Below are positions 8,813 to 18,440 of a stretch of 32,000 bases of DNA, one piece after another. The notes beneath the pieces were generated by a model, which saw nothing but the letters and a program-made list of their open reading frames with translations, was not told the origin of the DNA and did no database searches. Position numbers and translations under genes: made by a program. Numbering within the stretch: position 1 is the stretch's first letter; the number at the start of each line of letters is the position of its first letter. The DNA is taken from the NCBI RefSeq assembly GCF_001457595.1, contig NZ_LN831039.1, positions 840,001 to 872,000 on the forward strand, in the 5' to 3' direction. The DNA comes from Mycolicibacterium smegmatis (GTDB lineage: Bacteria; Actinomycetota; Actinomycetes; Mycobacteriales; Mycobacteriaceae).

Positions 8813-10300
8813 GAGGAATTGTCAATACCTGTGGATCGGGGTGTTTCAGGCGACCTCCGTTCCGGCGTGCTGACCGCCGTCTGAGGGCGATGTTGGCGGG
8901 GTGATGTCGGTGGGTCGTTCGAGCAGTCTGCCTTTATGGAAGACCGCGCCGGCGCGGACCAGGGCGACCAGGTGTGGGGCGTTGACGGCACGCCAGCGGG
9001 CCGCGGCGGCGTCGATGAGCTTGTAGGCCATCGCTAGTCCGGCCGCTCGTGATCCGGGCCCCTTGGTGACCTTGGTCCTCAAACGCACTGTGGCAAAGGT
9101 GGATTCGATCGGATTCGTCGTTCGCAGATGAATCCAATGTTCGGCCGGATACTTGTAGAATTCCAGCAGCACATCGAGGTCGTCGGTGATCTTAGCGACC
9201 GCCTTGGGATACTTCGCGCCGAAGTCGGCCTCGAAGGCCTTGACCGCGATCTGGGCCTTGTCGATATCCTCGGCGTTGTAGATCTCCTTGATCGCCGCCA
9301 GCGCCGACGGGTGCGCTGATTTCGGCAGTGCAGCAAGAACATTGGCCTGCTTATGAAACCAGCACCGCTGCTCTTTGGTGGCCGGGAAAACCTCGCGGAC
9401 TGCTTTCCAGAACCCGAGCGCGCCATCGCCGATCGCGAGTACGGGGGCGGTCATGCCGCGGCGCTTGCAGTCGCGCAACAGATCGGCCCACGACTCGGCC
9501 GACTCGCGGTAGCCGTCGGTGATCGCCACGAGCTCCTTGCGGCCATCAGCACGCACGCCCAGCATCACCAGCAGACAGAGCTTTTCCTGGTCCAGCCGCA
9601 CCTTGAGGTGAATGCCGTCGACCCACAGATACACGTAATCAGTGGCCGAGAGGTCGCGGGCCCCAAACGCGCGGGCCTCGTCTTGCCACTGCGCCGTGAG
9701 CCGGGTGATCGTGCTGGCCGACAGCCCAGCGCCGGAGCCGAGGAACTGCTCGAGGGCAGGGGTGAAATCGTTGCTCGACAGGCCGTGCAGGTACAGCAGC
9801 GGCAGTACCTCGCTCATCTGCGGCGACTTGCGCGCCCAGGCCGGCAGGATCGCCGAGGAGAACCGCTTGCGTTCACCGGTGTCGGGGTCGACACGGCGGT
9901 CGTTGACCCGCGGCGCTTTCACCTGCACCGCGCCGGCGGCGGTCAGCACCTCCCGGGGCTGGTGATAGCCGTTTCGCACCACCAACCGGTGACCGTTCTC
10001 GTCGAGTTGATCGGCGAACTGCGCCACGTAGGCGGCGACCTCGGCCTGCAACGCCGCGGCCAGCATCTGCCGGGCCCCGTCGCGGACGATCTCATCCAAC
10101 AACGACCGACCAGCACCGCTGGCCTTGTCGTTGGCGTCCTCGGTGTCGTGAACTACGGTGAGCATGGGCGTACCTTCCCAACCAGCGCGCCAACGCCGGT
10201 CTTGATCGAATACCTGATTCCGTGAAGATCATCCCCGGGAAGGTGCGCCCATCTTCACGCCCCCACACCGAGGCTCATCCACAGGTATTGATCATTGCTC
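8813..10300 (-). mobile_element. IS256-family insertion sequence, IS6120-like, 1488 bp
   Basis: 24-bp imperfect terminal inverted repeats (21/24): 8813-8836 GAGGAATTGTCAATACCTGTGGAT and 10277-10300, which reverse-complements to GAGCAATGATCAATACCTGTGGAT. 9-bp TSD and full-length mutator/IS256-type transposase. The IS6120 attribution is from recalled size, IR and TSD properties. Confidence 0.95.
8846..10165 (-). CDS. IS256-family transposase
   Basis: 439 aa; YLWVDGIHLKVR, LLVMLGVRADGRKELVAITDGYRES, RCWFHKQANVL, TTNPIESTFATVRLRTKVTKG (DDE family motifs). Confidence 0.96.
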   Translation of the reverse strand: MLTVVHDTEDANDKASGAGRSLLDEIVRDGARQMLAAALQAEVAAYVAQFADQLDENGHRLVVRNGYHQPREVLTAAGAVQVKAPRVNDRRVDPDTGERKRFSSAILPAWARKSPQMSEVLPLLYLHGLSSNDFTPALEQFLGSGAGLSASTITRLTAQWQDEARAFGARDLSATDYVYLWVDGIHLKVRLDQEKLCLLVMLGVRADGRKELVAITDGYRESAESWADLLRDCKRRGMTAPVLAIGDGALGFWKAVREVFPATKEQRCWFHKQANVLAALPKSAHPSALAAIKEIYNAEDIDKAQIAVKAFEADFGAKYPKAVAKITDDLDVLLEFYKYPAEHWIHLRTTNPIESTFATVRLRTKVTKGPGSRAAGLAMAYKLIDAAAARWRAVNAPHLVALVRAGAVFHKGRLLERPTDITPPTSPSDGGQHAGTEVA

Positions 10301-10309
10301 GTTTTCTTC
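10301..10309. repeat. 9-bp target-site duplication GTTTTCTTC, right copy
   Basis: Matches 8804-8812. Confidence 0.93.
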
Positions 10310-11295
10310 GCCGCCGAGCTCGACCGGCCCTCTCAGTAGTCGTGGAGTTCATCAGCGCCCACCAGCACATGCGGGTGGGCGTTGATGGTCTCAAGTGGGG
10401 TGTCGAGTCGATGTGCGCTGTGCTTTCCGAGTACGGCGTCACGATCGCCCCGTCGACGTATTACGCCCACCGCGCCCGTCAGGGCCCCTCGAAAGCCGAC
10501 TGGGCCGATGCGCAGGTGATCGATGCGATCTGGCAGCTTCGCCAATCGCAGAGTCTGTACCGAGTCCTGGGCGCTCGTAAGACATGGATTGTATTGCGCA
10601 CCAATGGTATCGACGTATCGCGCTGTGTCGTGGAACGGGTCATGCGGGAGATGGGTTGGCGGGGTGCGTGCAAGCGCCGGCGGGTGCGCACCACCGTCGC
10701 CGATCCGGCAGCGACGCGAGCCCCGGATCGGGTCCGGCGTAATTTCGTCGCCGGTGCGCCTGACCGATTGTGGGTGGCCGATTTCACCTACTGCCGGACT
10801 CGTGCCGGCTGGGCCTACACGGCGTTCGTCACCGATGTCTATGCCCGCAAGATCGTGGGTTGGAAGGTGGCTACCGAGATGACCCAGAAGCTGGTGACCG
10901 ATGCGATCGACCACGCTATCGACACCAGAAAGCGTTCGGGTGCAGCATCTTTGGATTCACTTATCCACCACAGCGACGCGGGCTCGCAATACACCGCGGT
11001 CGCGTTCACCGAACGTCTGGCCGCTGAGGGGATCCTGCCTTCAGTCGGATCCGTCGGGGATAGTTTCGATAATGCTCTGGCCGAATCGGTGAACAGCAGC
11101 TACAAGACCGAACTCATCGACCGCCAGCCGCTCTATCCCGGTGCCACCGAACTGGCGCTGGGGACCGCCGAATGGGTGGCCTTCTACAACCGTCAGCGAC
11201 CCAACGGCTACTGCCAGGACCTGACCCCCGATCGGGCCGAAGCGCTCTACTACCATCGCCAACGGCACCCTCATGCCGAGGAGGCACTCAGATAA
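10310..11295 (+). CDS. IS3-family orfB transposase (DDE integrase core)
   Basis: …GVESMCAVLSEYGVTIAPSTYYAHRAR…DRLWVADFTYCRTRAGWAYTAFVTDVYARKIVGWKV…LIHHSDAGSQYTAVAFTERLA…SVGDSFDNALAESVNSSYKTELI…. The 5' extension of the ORF-track call (10222-10300) is IS256-element sequence. The precise natural start (probably by frameshift from orfA) is not defined. Confidence 0.9.
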
Positions 11296-11325
11296 GAGAA
11301 CCTCCCGACATGCCGGGGTGGATCA

Positions 11326-11445
11326 CGGAGCGTCAGCCGTCGCATGGTTGAATATCGACCAACCTGTGCCGAGTGCTCCGACACCACCAAACGCCTTGCT
11401 GTCCCCGAGCGTCTTCGACGCGTCCTCCAGCGCTTCCCAACTCAT
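11326..11445 (-). pseudogene. 5' part of the disrupted EspA/EspE-like gene
   Basis: ATG at 11445 preceded by AAGGAG; encodes MSWEALEDASKTLGDSKAFGGVGALGTGWSIFNHATADAP and joins in frame to GWYKGASLA… at 8461 when the IS and one CGG copy are removed. Confidence 0.82.
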
Positions 11446-11580
11446 CCCCAGGCAACTCCTTCCACGTTGGAAGGCTAACAGCAGTGTGAGGCGCCGCAAC
11501 GCGCCAAAATTTCCACGACGAGCAGCGGGTCCGTTCGATCTATGCGGCGCGCGTGTGGCAGTCCCCTCTAAACTGCGCCC

Positions 11581-11976
11581 ATGCATAGCGGATCTCTGCC
11601 CGGTTTGCTGTTGGCGGCGCGTGGCGCTGTCACATCGGTAGAGGTGATCGTCGGCGTCACAGTGGTGGTGCTGGTGGTCGCAGCGGCAGGTCTTGCTTGG
11701 GCGGTCTCTAGGCCTATGTATGACAGACAGTGGAGGGCGCATGAGACACGCCTGCAGCAAGAGTCGGAAGCTTTCCGAGCTCACATGCGACTGTCCGAGG
11801 CGTCATCGGTCGCGTTGCAGCATGAGCTCGAGCGCTGTTGGCAGCTGATACTGGCGATAGAGCGCCGTGTGGCGACGCCAGGCGATTCTGACGCAAGTGC
11901 ACAGATCGAGGGTCTGCGCCGCTGGGTCACAGTCGTTGCGGACGCTCTGAATTCCGCGTCGTCGTCAGGACGTTGA
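11581..11976 (+). CDS. Small membrane-anchored protein (N-terminal TM helix plus helical tail), hypothetical
   Basis: VTSVEVIVGVTVVVLVVAAAGLAWAV followed by RQWRAHETRLQQESEAFRAHMRLSEAS…. Confidence 0.6.
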   Translation: MHSGSLPGLLLAARGAVTSVEVIVGVTVVVLVVAAAGLAWAVSRPMYDRQWRAHETRLQQESEAFRAHMRLSEASSVALQHELERCWQLILAIERRVATPGDSDASAQIEGLRRWVTVVADALNSASSSGR

Positions 11977-12022
11977 ACGACGCCAGTGGTGATCGTCGCA
12001 CGCGCCATATGAAAGGTGAACC

Positions 12023-12472
12023 GTGAACGCTGTTTTCGGTGACGCTCTCTCGGAACTCCGAGAAATGGGCTGGGTTTTCGTTGCGGTTTTCGCGGTCAGT
12101 TGGGCGTTTGCCGCACTGGTTTTCTGGATCAGTGTGACGGGCACCCAGCGCGTGCAACGTCGGCAGGCTCGACTGCTGGCACAAACGTCGGTGTTCTGGT
12201 CACGCTGGCCCGGCGACAGATTCTGGGCCGCGCCGTACGGCGAGCTTGTGGCGCAGGCTGAACGATACGAGCAGTTGATAGGCATCCTCGGCCAACGTAA
12301 GACTCTCGCCACTCCGCGATTTCCAAGTAAGCAGGATCGCCTGTTTCTCGATTACCTCGATGGGCAACTCGACGACTCCCGGCGTCATCTGGCAGCCGTC
12401 CGCAGCGCAATGCATCACGCCATCGCGCAGGGGCGAGGACCGCAACAGACGCCGCCGTTTGGTGGGGGGTGA
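12023..12472 (+). CDS. Small membrane-anchored protein, hypothetical
   Basis: MNAVFGDALSELREMGWVFVAVFAVSWAFAALVFWISVTG… followed by a charged helical region. Overall layout is similar to the preceding gene. Confidence 0.6.
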   Translation: MNAVFGDALSELREMGWVFVAVFAVSWAFAALVFWISVTGTQRVQRRQARLLAQTSVFWSRWPGDRFWAAPYGELVAQAERYEQLIGILGQRKTLATPRFPSKQDRLFLDYLDGQLDDSRRHLAAVRSAMHHAIAQGRGPQQTPPFGGG

Positions 12473-12549
12473 CGCGGCCCGCCGCGACTACTGGCGGTGG
12501 TCGATGAGACGGGTCGTCCGGCTGAAACGGTGATCAGGCGATACTGCGC

Positions 12550-12876
12550 TCAGCCGCCCGGGGTGCACCGCATCTCGTCATCGAGCTTCTGCTCCTCTTG
12601 CATATCGGTTCCGTCGTAGAGCTTGCGAGCCATGCCGAGTTTTTGTGCAAGCTCCTCCGACTTGGCATTCATGCGGGTGCACGCAGCACGTCGAGCAGTC
12701 TCGGCCGCGATGACTGCGGAATTCGACGGCGCGCACACCATTCCGTGGTTCTTCCACATCGAGGTACCGACACCCTGGGCTGCTTCAAGTGCACTGAGGA
12801 TCTGCTGAGCGGTTCGGCCTTGTAACTCAGCCAGTTCTTGCACGTAGCCGGTGATCACTCGCAATTCGCCAGACAT
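12550..12876 (-). CDS. EspC/EspF-like ESX-1 secretion-associated protein
   Basis: LRVITGYVQELAELQGRTAQQILSALEAAQGVGTSMWKNHGMVCAPSNSAVIAAETARRAACTRMNAKSEELAQKLGMARKLYDGTD. Positional pattern matches EspC (…LxVxPexLxxLAxxH…AAxGxGxSxxxTHGxxCxxxN…LAxxLxxAAxxYxxxD), including a YxxxD motif (YDGTD). Confidence 0.8.
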   Translation of the reverse strand: MSGELRVITGYVQELAELQGRTAQQILSALEAAQGVGTSMWKNHGMVCAPSNSAVIAAETARRAACTRMNAKSEELAQKLGMARKLYDGTDMQEEQKLDDEMRCTPGG

Positions 12877-13081
12877 TTATCTCCCGGGACTCAGTGTGAG
12901 GGGACGATTTCGGCGGATTTGTGATCGTCGTCCGCTGCCGCAGGGTGCTCGACTTGCGCTCAGCCCCGTCAGTTCCATCACAGCGGCCCAAACTCACGAA
13001 ATCGATCAGCTTCCGTCCCCGGACTTGTCGCATCGACCGTAACATCCATACGGAACACTCAGACGCACGAAAATCTCGGGC

Positions 13082-13774
13082 CTACAGCGCGTGCAAACCC
13101 TTGTAGAGAACCAGAAGACCGATCACCACCAGGATCACGGCCACCAGCACCGCGTGCTGGCGTTCCATCCACTCGCCCAGGCGCGCCAGGGTGGGATCGA
13201 GTTTGGAACCCGACACCGCGTAGGCCAGGATCGGCAGCGCCACAGTCGATGACGCGAACACCACGAACCAGATGGCCGCGGCCCACACCTGGGGCTGTCC
13301 CAGACCTGCGCTGCCGATCGCCAAACCGGCTGCCGCGCAGATGAAGAGCACCTTGGGGTTCACGATGGTCAACACGACGCCGGTGACACCCGCACGCGGC
13401 GGGGTGAGTTTGCCCATGCTCTGCATCCACTTGGGGGTGTGCGCGGCCTTGGAACGGTTGAGCCAGCGATACACGCCGAAGATGATGAGCGCCGTGCCCA
13501 GCACGATGCGCAGCCAGGATGCCCAGACCGGCGGCTTGTCGAGCCGGCCGAACAGGTTCGAGACCTCGATGAACAACGCGGTCAGCGCGGCCATCCCGAC
13601 CAGCCAGCCGCCGAGGAACGCAAGGCCCGTCGGCCGGGGACGCGGGGTCTGGAGCACGAGCACGGCGGGGATGATCGACAGCGGCGACAGGGCCACCACC
13701 ATGGCCAACGGAATGAGCTCCGTCAGGACCGAGCTCCAGATGCCAGTCATGCCGGTGAACTTAACACCGGGCAA
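13082..13774 (-). CDS. Sap/GAP-like (LysE-superfamily-type) integral membrane protein
   Basis: IPLAMVVALSPLSIIPAVLVLQTPRPRPTGLAFLGGWLVG…KWMQSMGKLTPPRAGVTGVVLTIVNPKVLFICAAAGLAIG; six hydrophobic segments. Confidence 0.85.
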   Translation of the reverse strand: MPGVKFTGMTGIWSSVLTELIPLAMVVALSPLSIIPAVLVLQTPRPRPTGLAFLGGWLVGMAALTALFIEVSNLFGRLDKPPVWASWLRIVLGTALIIFGVYRWLNRSKAAHTPKWMQSMGKLTPPRAGVTGVVLTIVNPKVLFICAAAGLAIGSAGLGQPQVWAAAIWFVVFASSTVALPILAYAVSGSKLDPTLARLGEWMERQHAVLVAVILVVIGLLVLYKGLHAL

Positions 13775-13819
13775 GCGCTGATTTGCTGCACGGCGCGGCA
13801 GGGCAGATCGACGAAGGAT

Positions 13820-15025
13820 TCACCAGCGACCTGCGGCGACGTCCTCGACCGCGTCGGCGGCATGGGCCGGGCCGCCGTGAGCCCGGATCTCCTCGCGGAT
13901 GCCATTGAGTCGCAACCTCACCCGTGGATCGGAGGTGACGTACAGCAGCGCCTGGCGGATCTCGGCGGGCTCGGGGAGATGAGCCTGCAGGTGAACTCCG
14001 GCGCCGATCCCCTGCAGACGGGCGGCATTGTCCGGCTGGTCGACGGCCTGCGGCATCGCGACCATCGGCACGCCGTACCAGAGGCCCTCGGTGCACGAAC
14101 CCATTCCGGCGTGGGTGAAGAACGCGTCGGCCACGCGCAGCACGGCCGGCTGAGGAACGGTGTCGCGCAGCTGAACCCAGTCCGGCACCGTGCCCAACCC
14201 GCCCAGCTCGCCGCGGCCCGTTGCCAGCACCAGCCGCCAGCCCAGGCCGTCGAGCGCCGTGATGACGTGGCGGTACACGTCGGCGCGATCGGTATAGGAG
14301 GTGCCGAAGGCCAACAGGGCGAGCGGGCCGTCACCCGCGGGCGGCACCCAGTCACCGGGATCCTCCCGGCGGGGGTCGATGCACGGCCCGACGAAGCGGT
14401 ACCGGTCGCCGACCCGATCGGCATGGCGTTGCATCACCCGCGGGATCAGCACCAGGCACCGGTGCGGGGCCCCGGTCACCTCGTCGAACGTCAGGCCGGT
14501 GTGCGAGCGGGCGAGCCAGCCGTCGAAGGTGCGACGGTAGGTCTGGCCGCTCGGGCTGTTCAACAGCGGGCCGAGTACCTCGGCCATGTCCTCGTGATAC
14601 CCGTCCCAGGCCACCTCGGACGGGGACAGTTGCGCCGCCGGTACGCCCCACTGGTCGGCCGCCACGGGGCCTGCCATCCCACCGATGTCGTAGAGCACCA
14701 GGTCGGGTCGGTCATCGTCGAGGGCGGCGTGCAGCTGCGGCAGCACGTGGATGGCCTCGTCGAGGAACAGTTGCATTCCGCGGACCGGATCGCCGTCGTC
14801 ATCCCAGCTCTCGGGCCCGCCGGGCGCCCCGGGCAGCACCGAGGTGCAGCCGATGACGTCGGCGCCGGTGTCACGCACCAGCTCCGCACGGTGTGCGCCG
14901 ACGACGTAGCTGACCCGGTGGCCCCGTTCGACGAGTTCACGGACGACTGGCAGGTGCGGGTACATGTGACTCGGCGCGGACGCCGCGACGACGCAGATGT
15001 GCAACCCGGCGCGAGGAAACACCAA
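13820..15025 (-). CDS. MGT-like UDP-glycosyltransferase
   Basis: HICVVAASAPSHMYPHLPVVRELVERGHRVSYVV…LALLAFGTSYTDRADVYRHVITAL…FFTHAGMGSCTEGLWYGVPMVAMPQAVDQPDNA. Confidence 0.92.
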   Translation of the reverse strand: MVFPRAGLHICVVAASAPSHMYPHLPVVRELVERGHRVSYVVGAHRAELVRDTGADVIGCTSVLPGAPGGPESWDDDGDPVRGMQLFLDEAIHVLPQLHAALDDDRPDLVLYDIGGMAGPVAADQWGVPAAQLSPSEVAWDGYHEDMAEVLGPLLNSPSGQTYRRTFDGWLARSHTGLTFDEVTGAPHRCLVLIPRVMQRHADRVGDRYRFVGPCIDPRREDPGDWVPPAGDGPLALLAFGTSYTDRADVYRHVITALDGLGWRLVLATGRGELGGLGTVPDWVQLRDTVPQPAVLRVADAFFTHAGMGSCTEGLWYGVPMVAMPQAVDQPDNAARLQGIGAGVHLQAHLPEPAEIRQALLYVTSDPRVRLRLNGIREEIRAHGGPAHAADAVEDVAAGRW

Positions 15026-15028
15026 AGC

Positions 15029-15652
15029 TCAGCAGTCCTCGAAGCGGTTCTCGCCGAGGGAGCCGACGAACATGGGGCCTCTGCGCGCCAGTTCCTGCTG
15101 ATAGGCGTCGACCCAGGAGCCGAACGGCTGGAACGCCAGGTATTCGTTGCGGAACCGGTCGTCCTCGGACACCTCGGACACACAGAAGGCGGGAATGGCC
15201 AGGTCGACCACGGGCCCGCCGCGTTCGACTTCCGCGAGCACCAGCGGTGCGTTGCCGCCGAGGAACCGGTCGACGATCCAGCCGTCCTCGCCCAGCCACA
15301 TGGAGTACCGGATCTTGGCCACCACGTGCTCGGCGCGGCGCACGATCTCGGCGGCGACCAGCGGGTCCAGTTGGCGTTCGGCCTCGTAGCGCGTGCCGCC
15401 GACGGCGGGGCCCTTGGCGGTCATGGTGCCGATCGACTCGTCGTGCAGGTCCTGCAGGAACGTGTCGAGACCCGCGTCGAGGTCAGTGGGGGCGGGTTGC
15501 TGGACGCGGATGCGGACGGCGTAGCCGTCGGCCGCGAACAGATAGGCCTGCACGATCAGGGTGGGCGACGGATCCGAGGCCGCGACGGCCGGTAGGTCGC
15601 GGAGGAGGAACTTCCGTTCGAACTCGAAGTCTCCGATGTCGGATTCGGACAT
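15029..15652 (-). CDS. CYTH-domain protein (triphosphate tunnel metalloenzyme-like)
   Basis: FEFERKFLLRDLP (ExExK signature), ADGYAVRIRVQ, YEAERQLDP, KIRYSMWLGEDGWIVDRFLGGNAPLVLAEVE. Confidence 0.88.
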   Translation of the reverse strand: MSESDIGDFEFERKFLLRDLPAVAASDPSPTLIVQAYLFAADGYAVRIRVQQPAPTDLDAGLDTFLQDLHDESIGTMTAKGPAVGGTRYEAERQLDPLVAAEIVRRAEHVVAKIRYSMWLGEDGWIVDRFLGGNAPLVLAEVERGGPVVDLAIPAFCVSEVSEDDRFRNEYLAFQPFGSWVDAYQQELARRGPMFVGSLGENRFEDC

Positions 15653-15738
15653 GGATCGACGTTAGCCCTTACAGGCCCGGAGCAGCGGTGTTGCCGTCGG
15701 CGTGCCCGATATCACTGTGCAAGGAAAAATTGATTAAA

Positions 15739-15759
15739 GTTGAGCGGAACAGACTCAAC
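15739..15759 (+). promoter_or_regulatory. HAIR-like HspR operator: GTTGAGC-N7-ACTCAAC, containing a SigH-like -35 GGAAC
   Basis: Close to the known HAIR consensus CTTGAGT-N7-ACTCAAG. GGAAC at 15746 with GTT at 15769-15771 (19-nt spacing) fits the SigH/SigE-type promoter pattern. Lies about 60 bp upstream of clpB. Confidence 0.8.
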
Positions 15760-15815
15760 CTTGACGACGTTAAACATCACGACAAGCATTTTTCGTACCG
15801 AACAAGGGAGGTGTC

Positions 15816-18362
<2,547 letters not shown>

Positions 18363-18374
18363 TCTACCAGCGCC

Positions 18375-18427
18375 AAACGGCATTCCAGCAGGGAAAGTGC
18401 GAGAGCACGCCTGCTGGAATGCCGTTT
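18375..18427. terminator. Strong hairpin between convergent genes (candidate bidirectional terminator)
   Basis: 18-bp perfect inverted repeat AAACGGCATTCCAGCAGG/CCTGCTGGAATGCCGTTT, plus an inner GTGC-GAGA-GCAC hairpin. Lies between clpB (+) and the 18441 gene (-). Confidence 0.75.
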
Positions 18428-18440
18428 CGGCCTTAAGGGG

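Larger units (their letters stand above)
8465..11325 (+). mobile_element. IS3-family insertion sequence (1364 bp when restored), interrupted by an IS256-family element
   Basis: Left end TGATCCGCCCCGGCGTGTCTGGAGAGTTCT. Right end reverse-complements to TGATCCACCCCGGCATGTCGGGAGGTTCT. 3-bp direct repeat CGG flanks it at 8462-8464 and 11326-11328. Contains orfA and orfB. Confidence 0.93.

Noticed and set aside
8846-10165. A novel nuclease or defence enzyme at the centre of the accessory region
   Set aside because: The sequence is a standard IS256-family transposase with matching terminal repeats and TSD. I found no restriction, CRISPR, retron or toxin-antitoxin genes beside it.
8465-11325. A composite transposon carrying cargo
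   Set aside because: Only transposase genes are present. IR/TSD structure shows one IS within another, not two IS copies flanking passenger genes.
11323-11784. 153-aa minus-strand ORF as a stand-alone gene
   Set aside because: Only its last 40 codons (MSWEALEDASK…) are the real esp-like N-terminus; the rest is antisense to the small membrane-protein gene, and it stops in the IS end.
13439-15595. 718-aa plus-strand ORF across the glycosyltransferase and membrane-protein genes
   Set aside because: Antisense to two well-supported minus-strand genes; the translation is compositionally biased and spans gene boundaries.
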